Shown: positions 9,501-18,482 of the stretch, piece after piece
Position numbering within the stretch: the first letter of the stretch is position 1
Layout: each line of letters opens with the position of its first letter
Virus record (IMG/VR): IMGVR_UViG_3300020045_013707
Span: 1 to 37,068 of that record
DNA from: a virus
Lineage: Duplodnaviria > Caudoviricetes
DNA length: 37,068 bases
Strand: one strand, 5' to 3'
Program-made: the position numbers and the translations under genes
The notes under the pieces: generated by a model
What the model saw: only the letters and a program-made list of their open reading frames with translations
What the model was told of the DNA's origin: nothing
Database searches by the model: none

Positions 9501-9626
9501 TTGTGTGTTGCCGTTTTTTACAAACTTTTCTATAAGTTGGGCTCGCTCTTTTTCAAGCTCCTTAATTTTTGATTTGCTAACTAAGCCTTTTTCAGCCTGT
9601 TCTACAAGGCAATCTATAAAACTCAT
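6501..9626 (-). CDS. Large internal virion (ejection) protein with C-terminal GH24 lysozyme domain
   Basis: Synteny (last core protein before the fibre); MSFIDC start and QEFWWRPGE motif; C-terminal E-SLSLEPYED-EAGVATIGYG...ALASLVYNIG...GLTRRRQEE. Confidence 0.85.
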   Translation of the reverse strand: MSFIDCLVEQAEKGLVSKSKIKELEKERAQLIEKFVKNGNTQEGAASAAEKIISVKAQIAYQRALNDIRQVKKLKDIKNTYNKINGPASYKVGEVLQRISDKVEAVENETFVKFNKIFDMISPRFSFLVRNHYDFNKAVIKVIDQEADDEASNAISGALQYLLSRYRQAGGIIGEIKGFFPTRHRRERIVPSGAFLGRAVSPEERLAAKDEWSNFLFNSLDVEGMIDGDTGMPFDPDKLMKVIRQNFDDIDSDNYFAKTIDEGSAKVVVSGKRGDIELKRTHARFYKFKSGQAWMDYNNKYGDGEKGTIDLFLTHAKSLSKDIAIMEGLGPRPKIGAQYLINDLGVKDGMPPYLATFNKNLFSMLMSSGSVSEKDMSGIPWKIYSGTSGLQRAALLGGTLLSSVSDLVFSANTARLNGLSATRTMVNHLAIFAGSAPLTGLDKSLARAAGFTADIVNGATMADARFSGDITKIGGSVNHLFGLINTFSGLALWTRSTKLAVTVEGLSSVARYSRSSWTDLPKMMRESLSQYGMTKETWESAFLNDSKFIGDDYFINYGPLQMLNIPKLRAEGRNQFADSVEAWIYNLRGKSSNEGNLVSRGIVSGGGLVEGGGKPGQVSRISAGSVFMFKNFLISAHMNHIMPEIRRIQADGASGVMKGGLAIGGILAGTTLVSAMIIQLHNLLKGKTFEDWDNPQFWRRSAARGGGATIFSDLLFPDLRWNDNDLLGSPMFDFGKKVFWDLLIKDGWKAFDSLFDEDSKYSGEKHLAKAFKTLEPYVPFSNLFYFGPAFDRTFSNAVQQMLDPDFDKRLRRAEKSMLRESNQEFWWRPGESFEDSDPELIKESFDEQYQKFLDLFKEDAEGAIPPQSNNSAEWKDQAASFIAERESLSLEPYEDEAGVATIGYGTTVYPNGERVQMGDAPITEKEATDYFNRDIEKFTGVVESLVKVDLTDKQKVALASLVYNIGDDEFKRSKILSLLNSGDLEGAAEEFERWNKVKEIKNKKWTGRHLVSRGLTRRRQEEKELFISDISGEIQDTNQEG

Positions 9627-11281
9627 ACTCTAACCCCGCAAACAGTGAGTGCCTCTTTAAAATCTCTTTCGGACTTAAAGTTTTTTCTTAGGTCAGAAAT
9701 GCTAACGCCGTTTTCTGAAAAATCAGACAAGATAAAATCTTCACCCAATTCTTTCGCAACCTCATCAAAATCAGCAAGCTCTTGGTCATAACGGCCAGTG
9801 TTAAACGAAAGGCCCTCTTCGCCCCTTTGCTTTGCAACGTAATCAATTTTTTTGTCGAGATCGAGCGGGCCATCAACAAGGGGTCTGGTTTGGCTTGATG
9901 CGGCCTGTGGACCCCCAAGGGCTGATCCTTTGGGCGGAGCAATCTGATCGGCAACACCCTCTCCCGACTCCCTTAAGATGAGAGAAAGAGCCTTCATTCT
10001 CGCCATGTGCGGGGTCAAAAGCTCGTCACCAAAGTCATCGGGAAGAGCCCGCACAAGATTGGGGTCAACCCTAAGCTTTGTGGAGTCAACGGGACGGCCA
10101 TTTATTATGGCATCATCAACCTCTTTAATCGCAAGCTTATGTATGTTTGGATCATAGTCTGGGAAATATTTAGAAAGATCTATAGCGTCAGCGGCTTCTT
10201 TGTCAGCATTTACCCTAAGAACAGCAGACTCTTCAAATTTTCCCTGGATACGAGCAATGTCGGCAAGCTTATCGTATCCCGCCGAATCTTCAAATCTAGG
10301 TTGAGGCGCAAGCGGAGAATTGTCGTCCAGAGGTGCCACCTCTATTTCCTCTGTATCTAATTTTATTTTTGTGGGCGCTACAGGCTTCTCTGGAGTTTTT
10401 GCCGCTACGGGCGCCCCTGAATCTGTGCCCTCAATTGGTTTTTCGATTGGCTTTGGCGTGGGCGCGGGAGCTGCCCCCTTAGCTTTGCCAAAAATTCTAT
10501 TCCAAGCTTTACCAATAATTTTTTCTCCAGCCTCAAAACCAGCTCCGATAGTTCCCGCGCCAACCACTTGTTTGAGCCGATCCTTAAAGGCTACCTCTGG
10601 AATACCCGCCCGCTCTTGAAAATCCATTCCAAGATATTGCTGAACAGACTCAGAAACAGCCCCTTCTACAGCGCCCCTTGCCGCAGACTTAAGAACTGTA
10701 GTTGATCCGCCAAAAACCATAGCCGCAGCACTCGTTGCCAAGTTAACAATATCTGTGGCCTGTCCAGGGATGGTCCCGCCAATATCGTAAGCCAGCGCCG
10801 TCCATGTTTCGGGAGCCCCGCGCTGGACCTCTACATAGTTATCATAAGCGGCCTTGGCTTCCTTTAAAACTCGCTGTTTTATTTGTTCGGAGCTTAAAAC
10901 GTCTTTGTATTTTTCTGGATTCCTGCCGATTTCTCTTTCGATATATCTGTTTTGCAGGTCAAACATTTTCTCACTAATCTCACCAATAACCATAGGGCCA
11001 TCAATGCTAATCTCTCCCGAGAGCCTTAGCTCTTCGGCCTCTTGTGCAAACTCGGGGTCTTCGGACGCCGCCTTCTCTGGGAAAACGCCAGAAAGCTTTT
11101 CAAAGCGGCGATTTCTCTCATAAGTTAAGTTTTCAATAGCCCGCCGTTCGGCCCCAGTTACAACAACCTTTTCCGTATAAAGCTTAGACGCTGAAAACAG
11201 ATCCGACTCGTCATAAGCCTGAATGGGCTCCGCGTTAGGCTCTCTCCCTAGATCCTGTTCACCTAAGTTCAAAAGACTCAT
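9623..11281 (-). CDS. Internal virion protein
   Basis: Synteny in the podovirus core-protein block; Gly/Ala-rich hydrophobic segment and Pro-rich linker. Confidence 0.65.
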   Translation of the reverse strand: MSLLNLGEQDLGREPNAEPIQAYDESDLFSASKLYTEKVVVTGAERRAIENLTYERNRRFEKLSGVFPEKAASEDPEFAQEAEELRLSGEISIDGPMVIGEISEKMFDLQNRYIEREIGRNPEKYKDVLSSEQIKQRVLKEAKAAYDNYVEVQRGAPETWTALAYDIGGTIPGQATDIVNLATSAAAMVFGGSTTVLKSAARGAVEGAVSESVQQYLGMDFQERAGIPEVAFKDRLKQVVGAGTIGAGFEAGEKIIGKAWNRIFGKAKGAAPAPTPKPIEKPIEGTDSGAPVAAKTPEKPVAPTKIKLDTEEIEVAPLDDNSPLAPQPRFEDSAGYDKLADIARIQGKFEESAVLRVNADKEAADAIDLSKYFPDYDPNIHKLAIKEVDDAIINGRPVDSTKLRVDPNLVRALPDDFGDELLTPHMARMKALSLILRESGEGVADQIAPPKGSALGGPQAASSQTRPLVDGPLDLDKKIDYVAKQRGEEGLSFNTGRYDQELADFDEVAKELGEDFILSDFSENGVSISDLRKNFKSERDFKEALTVCGVRV

Positions 11282-13272
11282 TGTTCGTCCGAATCAGGGC
11301 GGCCAAGTGCCCCGTCGAAAGGCATATCTGGCAGAAGATTGTCGATGGGATATAAATATTTTTGATAGAAACTTTTGCTTTTGTCAGTCTTTTCGCTCCA
11401 CTTTCCGCCCTGCTTAAAACCAGAGGAAAACAACCCAAAATCAAAGACAAAAGGCTTGCCATCTTTGGCTAAAAGCCTTTGATCCTTAAAGCTCATTGTG
11501 TATCTGTTTTGGCCTACAGCAGTAAGATCAATTCGATCTTTTCCCGCAGCAATATCAAAAGCTTTTCCAGGTTGTCCGCTGAGATCGGGAAGGCGGGGAA
11601 CGTCCCCGTGTGTGCTCTTAACCTTAGTTAAGGTAACAGCACTCCAAAGGTCTCTGGTTTCTTGTCCAGAAGCAAAGCTTCCGTCATCCCTTTGATAAGA
11701 AAATATTTTTGTTTTTCCAACAACAACTGGCGTCCCAACGAGAGAGCTAATTGAGTCAACCATAATTCGCTTCTCGTCTTTAGCACTTAAGTTGGCCCCT
11801 GCCGAATCTTTCTTTTTTGCAAGCGTAGCGATATAGGCTTGCTCAACAGTTTTTCTTAACTCAGGGTTTTTAATCATTTTACCGACCGAAGCGTTAAAAA
11901 CTGTCCTCGCCTCGGCCATGGGGATTTCAACCAAAGGTTTTTTTGTAATAGGATTTTTCTTTAAAAGATTAATCCCCTCGTAAAGATCTTTTGCTCTTTC
12001 TTTGCTATATTCTCCGCCCTGTCTCATTAACGAAAATATGCCCCCATAGACGGGAACCTTTTCCGAAATTTGTCGCGCCATTTTATAATAGTCTTCTTCC
12101 GGTATGTTTTTGGCGTTTTCAAAAAAAGTCTCTTGTTCCTCAAAAGGCTTGGCCGGAAAGACCTTGGTCATATAATCCATTTCACGACTATTGAGTGGGA
12201 GAGCGTTGGTCCCGAGCTTTTTGTTGGTAGCATCAAGCAGCTCCATGCGCTCTTCAACGGCCACCGGATTAAGGTTTTGTAAATCAAGATCTGGAATTTC
12301 AACTCCGGTTTTTTCAAAAAACTTCCATGGGTTTTTAAACCTAAGGTCTTCATAGTTTTTATCAACAGCCTCTTTGCGCTTTCTTAGTTTTGAATAGCGA
12401 TATTTAAGCGCGTCCTGTAGATCAGAAACACCCTCAGGGCCAAGCACCTCGTCATATTTTTTAGTCTCTAACAACTTTCGGGCCACATTCAAAAGTTCTG
12501 GTCTCGGGCCCTCGGGCTGACTAGACGCCTCGTCAATAATGCGCTTAAAGCCCATCATGACTTTTTGTTTCTTAAAGTCACCCATCATGGCTTCTCGAGC
12601 CTGAGGGTTAAGCGTAAGTGTAAGCGCATGAAAAATTGGCTCGGCCTCTTTGTCGGCGATTTCAAGCATGGCATCAAGGCGAGGACCAATGGTCTCCGCG
12701 CTTTCTGTCTCAACCATAACGGGAAAACCATTAATATACTCAGGTTTGCCGTCAACCATCTTTACGGACGCCTTAGCAATAGGAAGACGATAAACGTCGC
12801 CCGTAAGTTTCCCCAAACCCTTCTTGCTTGATGTCGCTACATTTTCTAGGTTTTGATTCTCTGCCCACCGTCTATTTTGGCTAAGAACATTTTGAAAATA
12901 TTTCTGAGCCGTGTCGCCAAAAACCTTTCGAGCTAGAGGCCCGTTAGCTTCTTTTAGATATTTTGCATTAAGGCGTTCGAGGTCGTGGTTTAAATAGTCC
13001 TGGCGATCCACAGGACTGTCTTTAAACTCTCTCTCGTGATTGTCGCGAATGGCCTGAACTTCTTTTTCAAAAACGGGGGTCGCTTTATTGAGCCAGTTTC
13101 TTTGGTCAAGTTCGGCTCTAGCGTCCTCAACCTTAACCATCGTCTCATACACCCCGCCAGCGGCTTGCCCGAGATTACCGAAGGCTCTCGCCACATCACC
13201 CCTTGCCGTCCCGCTAGTGTCCGTTGGAGGGCGCTGAATAGGATCTCTTCTGTACTCTGGTATGTTTCCCAC
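11278..13272 (-). CDS. Internal virion protein (T7 gp15-position)
   Basis: N-terminal IPEY...ARAFGNLGQAAG followed by helical charged sequence; synteny. Confidence 0.7.
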   Translation of the reverse strand: MGNIPEYRRDPIQRPPTDTSGTARGDVARAFGNLGQAAGGVYETMVKVEDARAELDQRNWLNKATPVFEKEVQAIRDNHEREFKDSPVDRQDYLNHDLERLNAKYLKEANGPLARKVFGDTAQKYFQNVLSQNRRWAENQNLENVATSSKKGLGKLTGDVYRLPIAKASVKMVDGKPEYINGFPVMVETESAETIGPRLDAMLEIADKEAEPIFHALTLTLNPQAREAMMGDFKKQKVMMGFKRIIDEASSQPEGPRPELLNVARKLLETKKYDEVLGPEGVSDLQDALKYRYSKLRKRKEAVDKNYEDLRFKNPWKFFEKTGVEIPDLDLQNLNPVAVEERMELLDATNKKLGTNALPLNSREMDYMTKVFPAKPFEEQETFFENAKNIPEEDYYKMARQISEKVPVYGGIFSLMRQGGEYSKERAKDLYEGINLLKKNPITKKPLVEIPMAEARTVFNASVGKMIKNPELRKTVEQAYIATLAKKKDSAGANLSAKDEKRIMVDSISSLVGTPVVVGKTKIFSYQRDDGSFASGQETRDLWSAVTLTKVKSTHGDVPRLPDLSGQPGKAFDIAAGKDRIDLTAVGQNRYTMSFKDQRLLAKDGKPFVFDFGLFSSGFKQGGKWSEKTDKSKSFYQKYLYPIDNLLPDMPFDGALGRPDSDEQ

Positions 13273-13280
13273 TTAATCCC

Positions 13281-13724
13281 CTATTCTACGTTGCCTACGC
13301 CAGTTCTTTCCATCCGAGAGCTTTCACTCATAGCATAGGCCTTGGCCCCGCCCTCTATTCCGCCAGCAAAAGCGTTTATCAGATTTGATTGTGACCTAGC
13401 TCTTCTTGTTTCGTCCATGATTTTAGCTTCCTGGTAGCCGCGCTCTTTAATCTTTCGCGCATCGGCAATGCCCTTTTCAAGAGTTTCGCTGAGAATCATC
13501 ATTGGGGAGCCGCTAAAAGCATAGACTCCAGCCTTGGCATAACGAGCGACCTGTTCGGAATAAAGAGAATCAACATCCTCAAGCTTTGCTGCGGCAGACT
13601 CTTCGGCAAACTGCCGAGCCTGTTCGGCATTTTTCATCTCGATCTTTGATTCTGCTTCCCTAGCCATCATATTTGTAGCAAAACCCATAAACGTCGAAAA
13701 TAACATTCCTGCGCCAGCACTCAT
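13281..13724 (-). CDS. Small internal virion protein (T7 gp14-like)
   Basis: QVARYAKAGV...SGSP motif; Ala/Gly-rich ends; follows tail tubular B. Confidence 0.75.
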   Translation of the reverse strand: MSAGAGMLFSTFMGFATNMMAREAESKIEMKNAEQARQFAEESAAAKLEDVDSLYSEQVARYAKAGVYAFSGSPMMILSETLEKGIADARKIKERGYQEAKIMDETRRARSQSNLINAFAGGIEGGAKAYAMSESSRMERTGVGNVE

Positions 13725-13733
13725 ATAAACCCC

Positions 13734-16202
13734 TTAGTCATTGCTCGTCTCCATGTAAGGTACAATCATTTGAACCGTACAAGGGTATCCCTTGTCTTGA
13801 ACAACATAAATATGTTTTTCAGTAAGCCAGTTATCTTCAAAGTGAACTATTTTTTCTCCCGTAAATAAAGGAGTCTGAAAGTCGGTCAGGGCATTTGATT
13901 CTCTAAAATAGACAGTCTCCATGCGATAGAGGTCAGAACCAACCTTTGCCCCGAGAGTATCTATAAACTGGACTCCAGCCTTAACCACACCCTTAGTTTT
14001 TGTTTCAGAAGGGCCAATGGTTCCACCGCCCGCAAGGTTCACCGTCTTTAAAATCCCCTGATATTCGTAGCCGTATATGGCAACTCGACAATCGACCGGA
14101 AAGGTAAAGGTATAATTTGTTATTACTTGATACTCTTCAAAAGCTCCGTCACAATAGACCGCAACAGTTTTTCCCTCAAGCTCTCCGTCAACCTGTACAG
14201 TCTCGCCTGTTTGAAACTGGACATAATAGTCTGCCCCTTGCCTAAAACCACCATAGCTTTCATAAAGATCGCCGAGCAAGGTTCTGTTTAAAAATGGCTC
14301 CAAAATATCAACCGTAATTGAGGTGGGACTTGCCACGGCAGTAATGACGGCAAGACCTGGGTTTCTTTCTGTGTAATTAAGAAGAGAGGTTATTGCCCCA
14401 GTCTGTCCGCCCACTTTTCCAATTAAAAGTCTTCCAATGTCGGCAGAGGTAAATTCACGAAAATTAACTCCAGTTTGCACCGTACAGGCAACGCCAGTCC
14501 CGCTCGTTGTAGCCATAACAATTGAAGGCGCACCAAACTCGCCGCTAAGAAACACAAAGCGGTCAAGGTGAATTGACCTTAGTTGGCGCTCAAAAGAGTC
14601 ACCAAAAAATTGCTCTTGCTCCGAGGCGTAGGTATCCTCTCCCGTTAAAAACAACTCTTCGCGAGCGTACTCTTGTAAAGGCGCTTGCAATTCAACGGTT
14701 GTTATTCCTGTGTCCAAAATATCAGAGCGAGTTTTGCGATTAACCATAATGTAGAGCGGGTCTTGTGACGCATTGAACTCAGGCACAAGGGGTAATGCTA
14801 TCGCCGAAAGAACCGTGGCTTTTTCAAGGCTGTCTTTACCAATAGAATGCCTGTGCCAAGCAAAAGCGTTGGCCGAAATGTCATAAGTAAAGCCAAGCAA
14901 TTGACCATCTTCTTTGACCGCCCAAATAATTCCGTCTTTACCATTTTGATAAGTAATACCCTTAAGACCGTCTCTAGTAATGTGTTCGGCGGCCTTAGTT
15001 AATTCATCAGGAACATATCTGTCCTTGTTAAAATCATAGTCTAGGCGATAAAGCTTTTGCCCTGTTTTATCTAAGAAAAACAAATCATCATTTTTTCTTA
15101 AAGGAGTGTAGTCTTCAATGGTCCCAATAGAGTGAACTTCGCGCACGTTAACATTCGTTACGTTTATCCCAACCTGGCGATCAGAACCAAAAACCTTGTG
15201 ACAGCCTCCAAGGGTTTGAATAACTAAAAAGTCCTGGGCTGAAAACATCCAGACAATTTCTTGCGAAGATCCAACCCCAAAAGAAAATGGCGAGTCCGCC
15301 GCTGTCCCTAGGGTAAAATTAGTGTAAACAAAAGGTTCGGATGCCCAGAATGTTGTGGGCCCGCCAGTTCCTGTTGCCGTAACATTCGTGCTTACCGTGT
15401 TGGCCAAATAAAGCCTGTTCTCGTGAATACAAATGGCTGAGGGCCATTCATCGGTAGCACTAAAGGTTGTGCCCGTAAATGTTGTCGCAGAATAGGCCCA
15501 TGCCGCAGGTGTTGTCCCGCGCACAAGTTGTTTTACCGTTTCAACGCCAGAGGCAATAAAAACAGTGTCGTAGAATTGGGCGAACTGAAGTTTTTTTATA
15601 TGGTCTTCTGTAAAGGTTGTAGCAAAAGCCATGTTGGAATTAGCAAAACCCGTGGCTGCGGCGGCAGCCTCGACAGTGTTTCCGTCATAATCAATAGTCA
15701 CCTGAATATAGGCGGCGTTAAATGTTGAGACCCCAACGGCTGTAGCAATCCAGCTTCGGCCATTAAGAGCTTCATATCCAGAAGCAGTAATCCCAGAGAA
15801 AGTAACAGTAGCTGTAGTGTTGAATGTTGTAGCCGAGGCAGTTGAATTGATATGGATAATGTATGTGTCCACACCCTTTTCAACAGCCATAACAGGCGCA
15901 TCAGTGACAAAGTTAACTAACGCATTGTCTCTAATTGCTCTAATTCTTCCCGCCGTGAACTCAAGAACATAAGAGTCGTCTTCATCAAAAACAAAAGGAA
16001 CAAGTCTTCCCCATAAATTATTAGGAGTCGTGCAAATCTTTTGAAATCCAGTGCGAAAAGAAGCTGGCCCCTGGGGCTGACTTACAAAGTTCTTTTGAAC
16101 CTCACAGCCATTATAGATACTCTCAACGTCAACGCGACCTCTAAGGCGCGGGGAAATCTCTCCCGAAGAGAAGCTTTTAATCTGTCCATTTACGCGAGCC
16201 AA
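13734..16202 (-). CDS. Tail tubular protein B (nozzle)
   Basis: SFSSGEISPRLRGRVD...PQGPASFRTG...LVPFVF...YVLEF; WPSAICIHENRLYLA; AWHRH. Confidence 0.9.
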   Translation of the reverse strand: MARVNGQIKSFSSGEISPRLRGRVDVESIYNGCEVQKNFVSQPQGPASFRTGFQKICTTPNNLWGRLVPFVFDEDDSYVLEFTAGRIRAIRDNALVNFVTDAPVMAVEKGVDTYIIHINSTASATTFNTTATVTFSGITASGYEALNGRSWIATAVGVSTFNAAYIQVTIDYDGNTVEAAAAATGFANSNMAFATTFTEDHIKKLQFAQFYDTVFIASGVETVKQLVRGTTPAAWAYSATTFTGTTFSATDEWPSAICIHENRLYLANTVSTNVTATGTGGPTTFWASEPFVYTNFTLGTAADSPFSFGVGSSQEIVWMFSAQDFLVIQTLGGCHKVFGSDRQVGINVTNVNVREVHSIGTIEDYTPLRKNDDLFFLDKTGQKLYRLDYDFNKDRYVPDELTKAAEHITRDGLKGITYQNGKDGIIWAVKEDGQLLGFTYDISANAFAWHRHSIGKDSLEKATVLSAIALPLVPEFNASQDPLYIMVNRKTRSDILDTGITTVELQAPLQEYAREELFLTGEDTYASEQEQFFGDSFERQLRSIHLDRFVFLSGEFGAPSIVMATTSGTGVACTVQTGVNFREFTSADIGRLLIGKVGGQTGAITSLLNYTERNPGLAVITAVASPTSITVDILEPFLNRTLLGDLYESYGGFRQGADYYVQFQTGETVQVDGELEGKTVAVYCDGAFEEYQVITNYTFTFPVDCRVAIYGYEYQGILKTVNLAGGGTIGPSETKTKGVVKAGVQFIDTLGAKVGSDLYRMETVYFRESNALTDFQTPLFTGEKIVHFEDNWLTEKHIYVVQDKGYPCTVQMIVPYMETSND

Positions 16203-16820
16203 TTAATCCTCCAAGTAGGGACTGCCATAGCTCCCAATGCGTCGCCTAGCGCGGATAAAGTTAGATCTCTCCACTCTTCTAGGCGGGCGCTCTTGGCCGT
16301 CCACAGAGAAGGCCTCACCGCGCTTCTCGTCACGCATAGCTTTAATTCTCTGCACGTTATTAATGTTCGCCGTGATCGGATAAGCTAGGTTAAGAGCAAG
16401 CTCCAAAGCAAGAAGGTCAACGAATAGAGGAGAGAAAGTCTCAACAACATCGTTATCAAAAACATAGCGAAAGTCGAGGGGGCCTCCCTCTCGGCAAAGA
16501 AGCTTTGTCCCATCAATTGCATAGTCCTTAATTTCATTGCAAGGTCCAATCATTGTGAGTCGAATATAGTCGGGCGGAAGCTGATACTCGTGAGAGTATT
16601 CAAACTCTGGAGTCGTGGAAAGGGCCGCCAAAGAGACCCTTTTCTGTGACTCATTCCATGTGTGCATTCTCAAACAAGATCTGCGCGAAACATCGTACCA
16701 TCTAGCACAAATGCTCTCGATCCTTTGAAGGTTAGGGGCCGTTATAGATACTATCGGCGCTTGATTCAAATGGTCCAAAGCAAGGTTGCAAATCTCTGTT
16801 TCGTTCGTAGGTTTAGCCAC
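16203..16820 (-). CDS. Tail tubular protein A (adaptor)
   Basis: EICNLALDHL...HTWN...YQLPPDYIR...FSPLFVDLLALELA. Confidence 0.9.
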   Translation of the reverse strand: MAKPTNETEICNLALDHLNQAPIVSITAPNLQRIESICARWYDVSRRSCLRMHTWNESQKRVSLAALSTTPEFEYSHEYQLPPDYIRLTMIGPCNEIKDYAIDGTKLLCREGGPLDFRYVFDNDVVETFSPLFVDLLALELALNLAYPITANINNVQRIKAMRDEKRGEAFSVDGQERPPRRVERSNFIRARRRIGSYGSPYLED

Positions 16821-16834
16821 AACATCTCCCTTTT

Positions 16835-16867
16835 AAACAAAAGGGGCCCCCGTTGCCGAGGACCCCT
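16835..16867 (-). terminator. Rho-independent terminator after the capsid genes
   Basis: AGGGGTCCTCG-GCAA-CGGGGGCCCCT stem with GNRA loop, followed by TTTGTTT. Confidence 0.9.
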
Positions 16868-16888
16868 AACTATTACACCCAGAAAGTT

Positions 16889-17392
16889 CTATCCCTGAAC
16901 AAACCAAGCAACAATAGTAATTGTGCCAGCGCCAGAACCAACAGTGTTGGCAGTAAACGCAATGTCGTAGCCAGGAAGTTTTGTAGTCGCAGTGTGACCT
17001 GCAAGTTCAAAAATTCTCTCCTCAACTTCGTCAATACCAACAGTGATAAGACCGTTCTTAAGTGAACTGTACGCACGAGTCGCGCCAGTTGACATATCAA
17101 GTCCATCAGCCAGTTTGTCGGCATCAACAACGGCGCCAAGGTTTGTCTGATAAAACCCGAGGTCGTAATCTGAGCCAGCGGTGATTGCGTCGTTATAGAT
17201 CTCAATCTTTACTGGAATAAGGTTTGCGTTAACATTCTTAAACACGCGGTAAACAGAAGCATCTGAATCAGCCGCAGCGACTTCAAATGTCTCAGTCATA
17301 CAAACGAGTTTATTACCTTCTCCGCTAAGGGCCGCATTGGCAAGTTTGCCAGCGACCACATCAGCATTTATATATTTATCTTCTACAGCCAT
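16889..17392 (-). CDS. Minor capsid/cement (decoration) protein
   Basis: Directly after the major capsid gene and before the terminator; beta-rich, Ala/Gly/Thr-rich; ends GAGTITIVAWFVQG. Confidence 0.7.
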   Translation of the reverse strand: MAVEDKYINADVVAGKLANAALSGEGNKLVCMTETFEVAAADSDASVYRVFKNVNANLIPVKIEIYNDAITAGSDYDLGFYQTNLGAVVDADKLADGLDMSTGATRAYSSLKNGLITVGIDEVEERIFELAGHTATTKLPGYDIAFTANTVGSGAGTITIVAWFVQG

Positions 17393-17404
17393 GACTCACC
17401 TTCC

Positions 17405-18295
17405 TTATACAGTGGTTGTAAATGTTTGAACCAACTTACCTTCAGTACGAACCGCACCAAGATAAAAGTAGGCAATGACCTGATAAGTATCAACCATGTC
17501 GGGACGCTCTTGGATCTTTAATTCAAGATCTTTAGAAACACCAACACAGATTCCACCCTCTGCGATAGCCAAACAAGTGCGCTGTGTTCCTGCTCCGTTA
17601 AGGGCAAGAATAGGACTTGTTGCGCTCGCGCCGTATTTAATAAGGTCAAGACCAGCAGCTCTTACAAGCTCGCCTCTCTCAACAGCAAATTGACGGCTGA
17701 AATCACCTGAGGTTAACTCAGTTTCTTTCATGAGAGCCTCTTCTTCTTTACCTGTAATAGTAAGAAGCTTTTTTACAGGAATGTCGTTACCGACTTCGTT
17801 GTCTGTAAAGTTGCGGTTAACCTCAAGAAGTTTCTCGTAAGTTACGCCAGCAGTAGCGTCAACAGCCAAAACTCCGTCAGTAGTAGCGGAAATTGTTGTT
17901 GAGAAATCACGGCCAGTTTTTACAGAAGCAGTAGCGGCAGCAACGATAACGCGGTCAATGCGTCTCATCATACCGTTAACAACAGCTTTTGCGTACTCTT
18001 CGTTAGGATCAATAAGCATTCCCAGCTTATCAAAACCGTCGATAGGAAGAGCAACGTAAAAACGCTGACGCTCAATCTTACGTCTTGAGTGTTGAATGTC
18101 AGAAAAAACAACAGGAACATTGCGGCCAGAAGCCTCAACTGATTCAACAGTTCCCAAAGAATCATATGCCCAGTTGTCGCCAGTCATGGGCTTCCATTTA
18201 ATATAAGGCTTCAAACGAGCTTGCGTCTGTTGAGCCTCAATGTGGACCATATCTGAAAACTGGGTAACTAATGCGTTATCTACACTTTGTCCCAT
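17405..18295 (-). CDS. Major capsid protein (BPP-1-like podovirus type)
   Basis: ALVTQFSDMVHIEAQQ...RL; HSRR; DKLGMLIDP; MMRRIDRVI; LTSGDF; GAVRTE; located after the scaffold gene. Confidence 0.9.
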   Translation of the reverse strand: MGQSVDNALVTQFSDMVHIEAQQTQARLKPYIKWKPMTGDNWAYDSLGTVESVEASGRNVPVVFSDIQHSRRKIERQRFYVALPIDGFDKLGMLIDPNEEYAKAVVNGMMRRIDRVIVAAATASVKTGRDFSTTISATTDGVLAVDATAGVTYEKLLEVNRNFTDNEVGNDIPVKKLLTITGKEEEALMKETELTSGDFSRQFAVERGELVRAAGLDLIKYGASATSPILALNGAGTQRTCLAIAEGGICVGVSKDLELKIQERPDMVDTYQVIAYFYLGAVRTEGKLVQTFTTTV

Positions 18296-18445
18296 TTTAA
18301 TACCTCTTAATGGTTAAATTGTTGTGGTTTACAAAACTAAATTGTTCGGCCTTGCTCCCCACTACTTTTACCAAGAGTGGACAATCGAATCGAAGATTAT
18401 GAACAGGACTAAAAGCGGACGCTCAAGCTACCCTATCATGCCAAT

Positions 18446-18473
18446 AGGATAGCCAATTGAGAATTATTGTCAA
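18446..18473 (-). promoter_or_regulatory. Candidate promoter for the major capsid gene
   Basis: TTGACA-16nt-TATCCT in the scaffold-capsid intergenic region. Confidence 0.6.
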
Positions 18474-18475
18474 TT
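18455..18475. promoter_or_regulatory. Palindromic operator (Fur-box-like) overlapping the -35 element
   Basis: AATTGAGAATTATTGTCAATT; core TGAGAAT-T-ATTGTCA versus Fur 7-1-7 TGATAAT-N-ATTATCA (2 mismatches). Confidence 0.6.
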
Positions 18476-18482
18476 AGAAAGA

